A DNA stretch of 64,000 nt from a virus, in IMG/VR virus record IMGVR_UViG_3300035180_002599, positions 29,310-93,309 of that record; one strand, written 5' to 3'. The translations under genes and the position numbers were made by a program. Positions 9,732-20,267 of the stretch are shown here, one piece after another. Below the pieces are notes generated by a model. The model was not told the DNA's origin, did no database searches, and worked only from the letters and a program-made list of their open reading frames with translations. The first letter of the stretch is position 1. The number at the start of each line of letters is the position of its first letter.

Positions 9732-10165
9732 TATTCTTCCTTTTTTATTTTTATTAAATTTTGCTTAATATAATCTATTGCTTTTTGTAATGCAACATTA
9801 TCTTCAGTTTTCAGAGATTTTAAAAATTCATTAGCTTTAGTTTTATCATCAGAATCCAATAATTTTATCAAATCAGCATATTCATTTTTAAGCGTATCAG
9901 TTTTATCTACATAATCATTTAATGAATCTTTGTATTTTTTATACAAAGATTTTGTTTTTATTAATGCAGAAGAGATTGACATTTCTTCATCCGTAGATTT
10001 TTTTCCAGAATAGTGAGGATTAGCTATAATTGAACCTTTAAAATAAGTCCCTTTATCATCTGTTTTCTTTACAATCTTTCCTACTTCTTCATCTCCATCA
10101 AATAAAGTAATTCCAGAATCTGTTTCTATGACTGATAAACTTTCTAAAAATAATGAAAATTTCAC
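9731..10165 (-). CDS. Putative internal virion protein
   Basis: MKFSLFLE leader; TATAAATA late promoter at 10208-10215 on the - strand. Confidence 0.65.
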   Translation of the reverse strand: MKFSLFLESLSVIETDSGITLFDGDEEVGKIVKKTDDKGTYFKGSIIANPHYSGKKSTDEEMSISSALIKTKSLYKKYKDSLNDYVDKTDTLKNEYADLIKLLDSDDKTKANEFLKSLKTEDNVALQKAIDYIKQNLIKIKKEE

Positions 10166-10207
10166 GATTCTTCCTTAATGTTATTTTTATGCAAGTTGTG
10201 TTATAAT

Positions 10208-10215
10208 TATTTATA
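10208..10215 (-). promoter_or_regulatory. T4-type late promoter TATAAATA
   Basis: Exact T4 gp55 consensus; abuts a + strand TATAAT at 10202-10207. Confidence 0.7.
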
Positions 10216-10237
10216 AGAAATATAACTAAGGAAAAAT

Positions 10238-10447
10238 ATGAGCTTCAAAATCATAGATGAAGATATTGTAATTACTAAAACACTAATACATGAATTAATG
10301 AATGAAGTGGGAACTAAAACTGGATTTGATTATATGCCGTATAATGAAGATGAAAATTGTTTAGGAAACCTAAAAGGTTTCATTTATTCATTAGTAGATA
10401 GCGCTTATAATAAAGGATATCTACAAGGGGTGTCTGAATGCGATTAA
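10238..10447 (+). CDS. Hypothetical protein
   Basis: ORF with AAGGA RBS. Confidence 0.65.
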   Translation: MSFKIIDEDIVITKTLIHELMNEVGTKTGFDYMPYNEDENCLGNLKGFIYSLVDSAYNKGYLQGVSECD

Positions 10448-10632
10448 TTATATTACTAGTTTTAGTTACTAATATATATGCAACAGAAATTTGTATTGTT
10501 CCTGCTCCTGTAGGAACATTTACTACTCATGCTGATAATCATAGCAACGTTATTCAAACTATAAAATATGAAAACTGTCTGACTAGAAAAAAACTAGATG
10601 AAGTTTTAAAAGCATTAAATAAACACAAATAA
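10438..10632 (+). CDS. Small exported protein
   Basis: Signal-peptide-like N-terminus. Confidence 0.55.
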   Translation: MRLIILLVLVTNIYATEICIVPAPVGTFTTHADNHSNVIQTIKYENCLTRKKLDEVLKALNKHK

Positions 10633-10813
10633 TAAAGGATTTTTATGTTAGTATTACATGGTATGGTTTTTTCTGGGACTCAGATATCATTAATAATGAT
10701 AGCAATTTTTATAATTATGCTCATACCTTATTTAGATAATTAAAAACATTAATATTCTTTTAATTTTTTTCTGATATAATTATTGTATCAAAAGAAAGAA
10801 AGAAGGATTTATT

Positions 10814-11065
10814 ATGTCAACAGGATTAAAAGTTACATTAGTTGCGGTTATTGCATTGTTAGTAGCTGGATGGGCAGATGCCCCATTAACACAAACTAAA
10901 CCGGAATATAGGGTTGTTTGTGTTAATCCAGAAGTGGATGACCGTTGCGAAATTTTGAATTCTAATGATATTAAAGTTGATGAAGTAAATTTTGAAATTG
11001 CTTCTGAAAACAATATGATGTCCGATGAATCTCAAGTTAAATTGTGGGTAGAAGGTAAAAAATAA
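10814..11065 (+). CDS. Small exported or membrane-anchored early protein
   Basis: N-terminal hydrophobic helix; follows the repeated promoter cassette. Confidence 0.7.
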   Translation: MSTGLKVTLVAVIALLVAGWADAPLTQTKPEYRVVCVNPEVDDRCEILNSNDIKVDEVNFEIASENNMMSDESQVKLWVEGKK

Positions 11066-11493
11066 TGTATTGTCCGCCTATTGGTGGCACTATACCCAAA
11101 TGGGAACATGCTTCAGATGTTTCTATAACAATAACATTAAAAAGGAAAAAGTTCATCAGTAATGATTTACTCAGTTCAGATAAAGATTATAAACCAAATA
11201 ATGAATTTTATTTTTTAAAAGATGATTTAATATCAATTGGATATTTTGAAAAAACTAAAATGGGAAATTTTTATTTGACTTCGGAGAAATATGATTCATT
11301 AATGATTATGTATCCATCAATAGAGGAAGAATTCAGTTCAGTAACGTTTCAAAGTAATAAAACCGTTAATTATGTTTCTACTAGTTATGCTAAATTGGCT
11401 ACGTTTTTGTATGTGAATAAGATTTTGTGTAATAATATAAATGAAGAAATAGTAGATATGTATTTAAAGGAGCACCCTGAAGTGCTCCTTTAA
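11065..11493 (+). CDS. Hypothetical protein (C-terminal HPEVLL)
   Basis: TAATG coupling to upstream ORF. Confidence 0.7.
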   Translation: MYCPPIGGTIPKWEHASDVSITITLKRKKFISNDLLSSDKDYKPNNEFYFLKDDLISIGYFEKTKMGNFYLTSEKYDSLMIMYPSIEEEFSSVTFQSNKTVNYVSTSYAKLATFLYVNKILCNNINEEIVDMYLKEHPEVLL

Positions 11494-11594
11494 ATTATTT
11501 TTATGGCTTTTAGCAGATTGGTTATATTGATTACTTTTAATATTTAATGTGTATTCATTTTTAATGAAATAAAAATATCATTAAAAATAATTAC

Positions 11595-11617
11595 TTTAAA
11601 GGGCTGAGCCCTTTAAA
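11595..11617. terminator. Bidirectional intrinsic terminator
   Basis: tttaaagggc-tga-gccctttaaa hairpin between convergent genes. Confidence 0.8.
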
Positions 11618-11636
11618 ATTTATTTTAGATCAACGC

Positions 11637-11965
11637 TTATGCGAAGATCTCTTTAAAATCTACTCCTGTACCCACTGCTATAAAGTTTAGTACTAAAAAC
11701 TCTGCGGTTCTTGCTGGTTTAATAGCAATGTCTGCAATGAATTGATTAGAATCAATAACATAAGGAGTATTGTTTGTTTCATCACAACGAACGTAGAAGT
11801 CGAAAATACCTCTGTTTGCTTTGATGTTTCTCAAATATGGTTCGATTGTAGATTTGAATCTAGCACGGGTATAAACATCATTGTTTTTGAAAACATAATA
11901 TTTTGCCATACGAGAAATTGCTCTTTCCATTTGATTGAAAAGACCTCTAACGTTAATCCGGTCAA
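11637..11965 (-). CDS. gp18: Tail sheath protein gp18, exon 2
   Basis: DRINVRGLF...CDETNNTP.VID.NQF.ADIAIKPAR..EF..LNF, the conserved T4 gp18 C-terminus. Confidence 0.95.
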
Positions 11966-12588
11966 CATTTATTTTCACAAAATTCGTTACATTTTGTCGT
12001 TATTTGCGAGGACAAATAACTGCTTAATATTTCTATTAAGGGAAGACTATATCACCACTTTTTAATTCAAATTTGGTAGGGAATTAAAAAGGCTCACCAC
12101 TTCGGATTCACTTGAATCCTACTCTACTAAGGCATTACCCGTTCGATAGTCGTTGGACCTTCACCTATACGGTGCTTGGATGCTGATTGTCCAATACTAA
12201 TAATTTTTAAACATTCACGCTTACCTTTTCAAGTTACGTTGTAGTTTATTAGTCTCTAAGGATTTTCCAGCAGTTCAATGAGTTTTATGTGCGCCTGAAC
12301 CGTTTAACGTTTTTATTTATTAAAAAAAGATTCCAACAAATCCATTATTTCTTACCTTGGAATATATCTCAAATTGTTTATTATGTATGTGGGTATGTTG
12401 TCTTGGAACCCGTCATACACTATGGTTTTTGTTGCTTATGTTAAATATTCTTTACCGACTAATATTACTTTACGCTGCTTTAAAATGATCGTAGTTTGTG
12501 TCCCAACCATAAAATTCTTTATTACCGATAACATATTCACCTACCACAATGTTTATGTTATTTATTAATGCAAAACCAATATTTTTTG
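11966..12588 (-). mobile_element. Group I intron (623 nt, no intact ORF) in the tail sheath gene
   Basis: On the - strand: P AACUGCUGGAAA, Q AAUCAGCAUCCAAG, R GUCCAACGACUAUC, S GUGAUAUAGUCU; 5' exon ends in U, intron ends in G; splicing restores PSA-F-DRINVR. Confidence 0.93.
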
Positions 12589-13927
12589 ACGCACTTGGTT
12601 TGCTTTGCAATGTTTTTTGACCCCAAACTACTGTACCTTGACCGTTAAAAGAAACGATTGGGTTAATCATGTTTTTGTATAAGATATCTCTCATACCTTG
12701 ATTAGGATTGATTGCCAATTTGATACAATTTCTTAAAGAACCATTATCAATACCTGCAGATGCGTCCCATGTGTTCAATGCAGTGTTTGCTAAAGCTCTA
12801 AGACCCGCAACGTCACCAGCAATGTTAACCCACATATATTCATCTAACTCTGTTGAGTATTGATATTTGTAGTTTCCGAAATATGCATTATATTTACCAA
12901 TAGCATCACCGATATTGAGATCTACAGTTACGTACTGAACCATGTTTTCTACAGCAATTGAAGGTTTAATACCAACAACATCATCTCTCAATGCACCTAA
13001 AAACCCGATACAATCTTTTCTTTGTCCACATAATGTAGCAACTTCACGATGCGCTTTTTCATTAGCAATAACAATATCAATATCTAAGTCTTCAATGTTA
13101 GCGAAAACGTCATATGCTAATCCATATTTTCCAGTCAAATCTCCATTAGCACCTTGTGTAAGAACTAAGTCTTTGATTACTGCATTTACATCAGTTACTG
13201 GGTATGTCAATGATACGTTGTCTTTTACATAAATGTAAGAACTTGCACGATTGATTACTTTCTCAATATACAATGATTTCCCATTTTTTGAATCTAATGC
13301 TGTTGGATTTACAGATACTATGAATCGCTCTACAATAGTTGTTCCATCCATAACTACTACAACAATTTCGCCATTAGTTTGGTCAATATTTTGTTGGAAA
13401 AGATCACCTAAAACTATACCTGAATTTGGATATAATTCTTGTCCTTTTTTGCTCAATGCAGCTTCATTCGCTACTATAACACGAATGTTGTTTCCCCAAG
13501 TTCCTGGAGTTCTAGCAAAAAATTTAAATTTAGATGTAGCAACGTCTACAAATGGGTATGATGTTTCTGATAACTCATAATCTTCGTCATTCATTACTAA
13601 ATTTGGAACCGCAGTCAAAATTGTAGCACCATCAGAAGCTAATTCCCCAACTGCATTTTTCATAGCTTGTTCATCGCCTACACGAGAAACATAACATTTG
13701 TCTGCATATTGTAAAAAGTTATAAACCTGATACCAGTCATTATAATTGCTAGAATTTGGTTTACCAAAATAAAGTTTAAGATCGTCTACATTTGTGATTA
13801 ACACATATTGATTTAACGGACCTTTAACAAACTCACCGCTGAATGCCCCAATAGCAGTGCTAACTGTAGGTACTATGATGCTTAAGTCAATTTCATTAAC
13901 TTGTACACCAGCCGATAATTGTGCCAT
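12589..13927 (-). CDS. gp18: Tail sheath protein gp18, exon 1
   Basis: MAQLSAGVQVNEIDLS, G.F.KGP, GTVVWGQKT; spliced product is 555 aa. Confidence 0.95.
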
Positions 13928-14009
13928 ATAATCTCCTTTAATCTCCGAGTGAAATAATTGATTATTTAGTTTTTCGACTTTCCCGGTCGTAGTAATAATC
14001 TTTCTTTAT

Positions 14010-14585
14010 TTATGTTTCAGAAGAAGAAGTAGTAATAATATCTGTAGGTTTGTTGTTCAAATCAAATACGGCATCCGCTCTAACTATAGCTTGAGGATTT
14101 GAACTAATTAATTGACCATTGAACTCAATATCCATATAATCATATTTTAAAGCTAAGTCCAAAACTAATACATTATTATCATTTGAACTAGAATAATTCA
14201 AGTCACCAATATTTAATATTTTTGAGTTTCTATACCATACTTTTAGCAATGTATTACCTTGAGAATCTGTAATTAAAATAAACGAATCTCCTTCATTTTT
14301 AGAGAAATTAGCATCGGGAACAGTAACCATACTGAACGCTTTAGCCATTAATTTTAACCAAATTGAAAAGCTTTCATCTAATAATATAGTCAATTGTAAA
14401 TCATTGAATGTTATTTGATCTGAAGTATTGTTTAAATAAGCCCCAGTTCTAGATGGAATCTGAGGATGAGAAAAATCTATCCCAGGCAAATTTACGTTCT
14501 GTACATTATAAACAATTTCATCATCAAACAAAGTACTTCCAAAATATATAGAAGTATCTAGTGCAAAATTTTTAGATCCAAACAT
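14010..14585 (-). CDS. gp3: Tail tube terminator / tail completion protein (T4 gp3-like)
   Basis: VQNVNLPGI...ITFNDLQLTILLDE...W pattern; upstream of the sheath gene; ATAAATA at 14629-14635 (-). Confidence 0.75.
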   Translation of the reverse strand: MFGSKNFALDTSIYFGSTLFDDEIVYNVQNVNLPGIDFSHPQIPSRTGAYLNNTSDQITFNDLQLTILLDESFSIWLKLMAKAFSMVTVPDANFSKNEGDSFILITDSQGNTLLKVWYRNSKILNIGDLNYSSSNDNNVLVLDLALKYDYMDIEFNGQLISSNPQAIVRADAVFDLNNKPTDIITTSSSET

Positions 14586-14662
14586 AATTCATTCCTTTAA
14601 AGTGGTTTTAAGTATACTTGTGATATAATATTTATTGTTTAAAACAATAAGGAATAGTTATA

Positions 14663-15535
14663 ATGGCAACGAATTATGTCGATAAAGATGAAATTACTGC
14701 CGAAATAATTAATATTCAGCTAAGAGAGAAGATAAGACAGGTAAACAAGAGTATTGAAGAAGTCGGAGCGATTTTAAAAAAAACACCTGAACATGAACCC
14801 AATTGGGAACTTAGAGAGAAATATGAAAAATTATTGGCCGAACAAAAAGCACTAATAGAAAAGGGTGCGGACCCAGAATATAGTAGGCAAAAATTTGGAG
14901 AAATTGTATTACTGATTAATGAAAATTTATTGAAAAAACCTTGTTTTAGGAATTATTCAGAAAATTGGACAGAAGATTTTAAAAGTAATGCAATTTATAA
15001 GATATTCAAATATATAAACAATTTTGACCCCGAAAAAATAAGTAAAGTTACTGGACGCAAAATCAGTTCTTTCGCTTATTTGACTCAAATTACATATATG
15101 GCTTTTGTTGAAGTAATAAACAAAAGGAAAAAAGATAACTCTGATTTAATGGATAATATGATTCCATTACAAGATTTAAAACCTGAACATTTTGGATATA
15201 GTAAATTTGAGAGATCCAGCTCTTATTACCCAAATGAAGAAGATGAGCGAACATATTTTATAATTGACAATGTGAAAACTTCTTTATATGACCAATTAAA
15301 AATTATAAGAGAAACTAATGACGCTGTTCATGTTACATACCCAGCAAACTACTCATTAAGTATAGATGAATTTACCTTAATAGATTCATTGAAATTTGAT
15401 AAGCTGACTTTAATCAAACAAAAAGAAGCTGAAGAATGTTTTAACTCTTCAGATGATGAAGATACTTGTTTTGCATTCGCAGATGAGGAATTTGAGGACT
15501 GGGGAGAGTGGTCTGAAAAGGATGCTAATGATTGA
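14663..15535 (+). CDS. gp55: Late-transcription sigma factor
   Basis: NYVD, F.NYS..W..D, NFDPEK, FAYLTQI.Y.AF; precedes gp47 and gp46 as in T4. Confidence 0.9.
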   Translation: MATNYVDKDEITAEIINIQLREKIRQVNKSIEEVGAILKKTPEHEPNWELREKYEKLLAEQKALIEKGADPEYSRQKFGEIVLLINENLLKKPCFRNYSENWTEDFKSNAIYKIFKYINNFDPEKISKVTGRKISSFAYLTQITYMAFVEVINKRKKDNSDLMDNMIPLQDLKPEHFGYSKFERSSSYYPNEEDERTYFIIDNVKTSLYDQLKIIRETNDAVHVTYPANYSLSIDEFTLIDSLKFDKLTLIKQKEAEECFNSSDDEDTCFAFADEEFEDWGEWSEKDAND

Positions 15536-16652
15536 TTTAACTTTTTCTGGAAAACAAATTATCTTAGGGGATTGTCATTTCGGAAAAGGGAAATTTTCTC
15601 AAGCGTTATTTGAATCTCAAATGGATTTTTTTGAAAAACAATTATTTCCATATATGAAAGCTAATAATATTGATACCATAATCCAATTAGGTGACTTTTT
15701 TGATAACAGAAAAAATATGGATATCAATTTTTTCAATCAGTTAGTTGATAGATTTTTTAATAAAATGAAGTCGGAAAATTTTAAAATGATAGAGATCTTG
15801 GGCAATCATGATATTTATTTTAAAAATACCCGAGATGTCAATATGATTAAAATGTTGGAAATGATGTTTCCAAGTAATCTTAGAGTAATATCTGAGAGAG
15901 AATATGCTTATATTAATGAGAAAAAATGTTATTTTGTTCCTTGGATATTAGATCATGAGACTTTGAAAGCTTCTGAGCTAAAAGGAGTTGAATATCTGTT
16001 TGGTCATTTTGAGATTAAAAACTTTCAAATGACCAAAGGACATTTTGATGAACATTCTACATTAACTCAAGATTTTTTTAAGAAATCAAAAATTAAAAGA
16101 GTATTTAGCGGACATTATCATCTAGTAGATCATAAAGCAAACATTTCATATGTAGGTACACCATTTCCTTTAGATTGGGGAGATTTTGATGACTTTAAAT
16201 TCTTTTATGTCATAGATACCGAAAATGAAACTTTAGATCGTATTTACAATGAAGAATCTAAAAAATATGTAAAAATAAAATATAATTCAGATTGTAAAGA
16301 TGGATGTATTGAGATACATGGGTTAGAACCTGAAAGAGGTTTTTATTCAAAGGTTGATGATATTAATACTTCAGAATTGAAAAAACATTATCTAAAAGCA
16401 TATATTAATAAAAAAGATGAAACTAAATATCATGAAGAGGTTATGTTTTTGCTTAGAGAAAAAGGTTGTGAATTTACAGTAACGGATAATCAAGAAATAA
16501 GTAACCTTATAGGAACTGATTACATAGCTGAAGAACATCTTGAAGATCATTCAAGCACTAAAGAAATTATTTTGAAAACTATTAAATCAGAAGCACCTGA
16601 ATTGCTTGAATTAGTTAATGAATTATTGAATGAAATTGTAATAGAAGATTAA
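15528..16652 (+). CDS. gp47: Recombination nuclease subunit (Mre11/SbcD-like)
   Basis: GDCHFG, QLGDFFDNR, GNHD, GHFE, SGHYH. Confidence 0.95.
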   Translation: MIDLTFSGKQIILGDCHFGKGKFSQALFESQMDFFEKQLFPYMKANNIDTIIQLGDFFDNRKNMDINFFNQLVDRFFNKMKSENFKMIEILGNHDIYFKNTRDVNMIKMLEMMFPSNLRVISEREYAYINEKKCYFVPWILDHETLKASELKGVEYLFGHFEIKNFQMTKGHFDEHSTLTQDFFKKSKIKRVFSGHYHLVDHKANISYVGTPFPLDWGDFDDFKFFYVIDTENETLDRIYNEESKKYVKIKYNSDCKDGCIEIHGLEPERGFYSKVDDINTSELKKHYLKAYINKKDETKYHEEVMFLLREKGCEFTVTDNQEISNLIGTDYIAEEHLEDHSSTKEIILKTIKSEAPELLELVNELLNEIVIED

Positions 16653-16660
16653 GGAGTTTA

Positions 16661-18400
16661 ATGTTTATTAGGTTTAAACGATTAGCATTTAAAAATGTGT
16701 TATCTTATGGTAACATAATGTCCGAATTTAATTTTAAAACGGGAATAGATATAATAACGGCATCTAATGGAAATGGAAAATCTTCCATTATAGATGCATT
16801 GACTTATAATTTATTTGGAAAACCTTATAGAAAAATAAAATTGGGAAATCTAATCAATAACAAAAATGGAAAAGAGCTTTACACAGAGCTAGAATTTGAT
16901 GTAGATGATATTTCATACAAAATAGTAAGAGGTATGCGCCCTAACATTTTTGAAATAAGTACGTTTATAGACGGTGAATATAAATTAATAAATCAAGACA
17001 GTACATCTAAAGATTATCAAAATATATTAGAGAATGAGATTTTGATGATTAATGAAACTGTATTTAGACAACTTATTGTTTTGGGTGCTAATGTTAGTAA
17101 CTCTAGAAATTTTATGGATTTAAATCCTACAGAAAAAGAAGAAGTATTTCAAGTAGTAACTGATACATCATTATTTAAACATCTGAATGATATTATAAAA
17201 AGCAAAAGAAATGAATTAAAAACAATACTTACTGAGCACAATTATCAATTTGATATCTTATCTAGCACTATAGAATCTGAAAGACAAACTGTAGTATCCA
17301 TGCAAAAACAAAACGCTTTTTTACAACAAAACAAAGACAACCGTATAAACGAAATGAAAAAATTCATTGAAGAGGGTAAACTTAAGCTTTTGGATTATGA
17401 TAAAGCTATTGAAAAACTAAAAGAGTTAAAATCCAAGTATGATGATTACATGTCCGATTTAGAGTTAGTAAAAACCGATATTAAAAATCTTAAAGATGAA
17501 TCCGCGTTAGTAACTGGTAAAAAAATAGCTTTTGAACATATGAAAGAAGCTAGTATAATTTGTGACAGATGTGAGCATGAAATTCTTCCAGAAGGATATG
17601 ATGATGTAGAATATCAAGAGGCTTTAAAAAGATTAGATATAATTAATGAGTCGTTGAAGAAAAAACAAGAAGTTTATGTTTCATTGATTGAAAAAACAGA
17701 TTCTTTGAAAGAGAAATTATTAAACAGCAAACGAATTACTCAAAATAGATCTGAGTTAATATCTTCTTTAGAAAAAAAAGAAAATGAATTAAAAGATATA
17801 GAAACTTGGGAAATTGTAGAGATTGATACTTCTTCTATAGAGGCTAAAGAGAAAGAACTAACAAAAGTCAAATCCATTATATCTGATGCAGAAAATAAAC
17901 ACGCTGCCTTAAATCAATTGATGAAGTTAATTGGTGGAGACAATTTGAAAGGATATATTTTATCTAAGCAAATTCCATTATTGAACAAATACATTAATGG
18001 TTTCATTGAGAAATTTAGTGATTTTAATTTCAATTTTGTAATAGATAACAATTTTAAAGAACAATTTATTTCTCGTAATGAATCCCAAGAGTTTCATTCT
18101 TTCTCAAATGGACAAAAACAAAGATTTACTTTTGCTATTTTGTTTGCTTTTCTAAAACTTATTGAAGAACGATCTGGTGTTAGTACGAATTTATTAGCTA
18201 TGGATGAAATTTTGGATTCTAGTGCAGATAGCTCTGGAAGATCTGAATTGCTTGATATTTTGTATAATAATTTCTCAGATAAAAAGAATATCATTATAAT
18301 ATCACATCAACCAGAAATACGCGAAAGAACAGAAATCATAAATAGAACCTTTGAAGTTCACAATAATGGTTTTTCAAAGTTGGTTGAAGTAACTTCTTAA
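16661..18400 (+). CDS. gp46: Recombination ATPase subunit (Rad50/SbcC-like)
   Basis: NGNGKSS Walker A, CDRC hook, FSNGQKQR signature, MDEILD, IISH. Confidence 0.95.
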   Translation: MFIRFKRLAFKNVLSYGNIMSEFNFKTGIDIITASNGNGKSSIIDALTYNLFGKPYRKIKLGNLINNKNGKELYTELEFDVDDISYKIVRGMRPNIFEISTFIDGEYKLINQDSTSKDYQNILENEILMINETVFRQLIVLGANVSNSRNFMDLNPTEKEEVFQVVTDTSLFKHLNDIIKSKRNELKTILTEHNYQFDILSSTIESERQTVVSMQKQNAFLQQNKDNRINEMKKFIEEGKLKLLDYDKAIEKLKELKSKYDDYMSDLELVKTDIKNLKDESALVTGKKIAFEHMKEASIICDRCEHEILPEGYDDVEYQEALKRLDIINESLKKKQEVYVSLIEKTDSLKEKLLNSKRITQNRSELISSLEKKENELKDIETWEIVEIDTSSIEAKEKELTKVKSIISDAENKHAALNQLMKLIGGDNLKGYILSKQIPLLNKYINGFIEKFSDFNFNFVIDNNFKEQFISRNESQEFHSFSNGQKQRFTFAILFAFLKLIEERSGVSTNLLAMDEILDSSADSSGRSELLDILYNNFSDKKNIIIISHQPEIRERTEIINRTFEVHNNGFSKLVEVTS

Positions 18401-18449
18401 TAAGTTTATAAGATTAATTATGATATAATAAAACAATTAAAGGAACTGC

Positions 18450-18710
18450 ATGAAGAAGATTAACCCCTCTAATGATAGTACCTCATTGCTTAATGATATA
18501 TGGCGCCTGAAAGAAGAATTGAATGATCCTAATTTGTCAATGTTGGACATCATAACAGAATATATTGAAAGACACAATTTAGACCCAGATGATATTGGGG
18601 AAATTTTAGCACAAAATAAAAACTTTGTAAAAATATTAGAAAATGAATTGATAAAAGCTAAAGTTTTTAAATCAAAAAAAGAAATAAATTCTTTTGATTG
18701 TTGGGAGTAA
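18450..18710 (+). CDS. gp33: Late transcription coactivator (T4 gp33-like)
   Basis: MLDIITEYIERHNLDPDDI...ILENE pattern, size and context. Confidence 0.65.
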   Translation: MKKINPSNDSTSLLNDIWRLKEELNDPNLSMLDIITEYIERHNLDPDDIGEILAQNKNFVKILENELIKAKVFKSKKEINSFDCWE

Positions 18711-18713
18711 ATT

Positions 18714-19283
18714 ATGCTTCATTATAATAATCAATATGATATAGCTAATGGAATATTTTTGACATTTGATAAGAATTTAGCTAATAGAAAAATGACTTCT
18801 AATCACTCTATTCAAGTAAGAGAAAAAACAAAAAGCTCATTTCCTTATATGAAATATAGTGACTGGACCAAAGAGCGATTTGCTATTTCTATTATTTACT
18901 TGATGTATAAGAAAAAACCTCCATCTTTTAAAAACTTAATACAAATGCTTTATGATTTAGATGAAAAAGAAGTTAAAAAATTCAAAGCTGAAATTATAAA
19001 TTATGAAGTACTTGTTTCTAGAGATGTTGAATTTTTAGTACAAAAGTATGGATCCAAACCTTCAGAAGAAGATATGTTTTTTGAATATTCTTTAGGAAAC
19101 ATTAAATTTTACACATTATGGTTTTATTTGAAAAAAATAAATGCTGATATAGATAATATTATGAATTCTCGTATAAAAGGAGTCATCATAAGAAGAATCA
19201 AAACTTTATTGTTATTTGTTTCATTCAGCGAAGAGAAGCTTAAAAAAATTGATATTTTATTAAAAGAGAGGTTAGACATTTGA
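18714..19283 (+). CDS. Possible helicase loader (gp59-like)
   Basis: Size and position after gp33 as in T4; sequence resemblance is weak. Confidence 0.4.
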   Translation: MLHYNNQYDIANGIFLTFDKNLANRKMTSNHSIQVREKTKSSFPYMKYSDWTKERFAISIIYLMYKKKPPSFKNLIQMLYDLDEKEVKKFKAEIINYEVLVSRDVEFLVQKYGSKPSEEDMFFEYSLGNIKFYTLWFYLKKINADIDNIMNSRIKGVIIRRIKTLLLFVSFSEEKLKKIDILLKERLDI

Positions 19284-20266
19284 AAAAAATTGACACGAAA
19301 CATTATCTATGGGCGGAGAAATATAGACCTCAATTGGTTGAAGATATTATTATGCCAGATAGTGTTAAAAAACAAATGATGACTTGGGTTAAAACGGGTC
19401 AAATTCCAAATATAGGATTGTTTGGTTCTGTTCCTGGAACGGGAAAATCAACATTTGCTAATGTAATTCTTAAAGAATTAGATGCGGATTTTCTTTGGAT
19501 TAACGCTTCAGCGGATGGTGGTATTGATAAAATGCGAACGGAAATTCCTAAGTTTGCACAAAGCGTTTCCATAAATGGACGTCCTAAGATAGTTGTATTG
19601 GATGAAGCAGATAACCTTACAGCGGTTACAAACGGTGCTCAATTTGCTATCCGTGGTATTATAGAAAAGTATGCATCCAATTGTCGTTTCATGTTAACTG
19701 GAAACTATAAAGAACGTATCATTGAACCTATTTTAAATCGTTTGGTTAATTTTGATTTGGATGAACTTGCACAAGTTTACAAACAAGAAAATGCTAAAGA
19801 AATTTTCCGAAGATTAAAATTCATTTTAGATAATGAAGGTGTAAAATATGATTCAAAAGCTTTAGGTCCTATTATTACAGCATCATACCCGAGCATTCGT
19901 GAAATGACGGTAACTTTACAGAAATTGACTGTAGAAAATGATGATGGTGAACTTGAATTGCTTACAAATGATAAAGTATTTGAAAGCTCTCAATTAATGC
20001 GTAAATTTTGTGATACTTTAGTACAAAAAGATTTCTTTGAAGCTAGAAAAATAATCACAGAGCTTGCAGATCATGATGCCGTTTATTCATACCTTTGGAA
20101 ACATATAGAAACTTATGTAGAAGAATCCAGTATCCCACAATTTGTTTTGATTTTGGCTAATTTTCAAGATCAATCTTTGCGAGCTCGTGACAAGTCGGTC
20201 ACTTTAGCAGCGTTTGTAGCAACCGTTATCATGACAGCTAACATTAAATTAATAACCAAGGAATAA
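19280..20266 (+). CDS. gp44: Clamp loader large subunit
   Basis: WAEKYRP, GTGKST, INAS, LDEAD. Confidence 0.95.
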   Translation: MKKIDTKHYLWAEKYRPQLVEDIIMPDSVKKQMMTWVKTGQIPNIGLFGSVPGTGKSTFANVILKELDADFLWINASADGGIDKMRTEIPKFAQSVSINGRPKIVVLDEADNLTAVTNGAQFAIRGIIEKYASNCRFMLTGNYKERIIEPILNRLVNFDLDELAQVYKQENAKEIFRRLKFILDNEGVKYDSKALGPIITASYPSIREMTVTLQKLTVENDDGELELLTNDKVFESSQLMRKFCDTLVQKDFFEARKIITELADHDAVYSYLWKHIETYVEESSIPQFVLILANFQDQSLRARDKSVTLAAFVATVIMTANIKLITKE

Positions 20267-20267
20267 A

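Noticed and set aside
11742-12568. + strand ORFs 11742-12065 and 12374-12568 as intron-encoded endonucleases
   Set aside because: Antisense to the intron and no HNH, GIY-YIG or LAGLIDADG motif
12470-13927. 485-aa ORF read as a complete or truncated tail sheath, with 11637-11978 as a separate gene
   Set aside because: A group I intron explains both pieces, and the exact splice restores the conserved AFDRINVR
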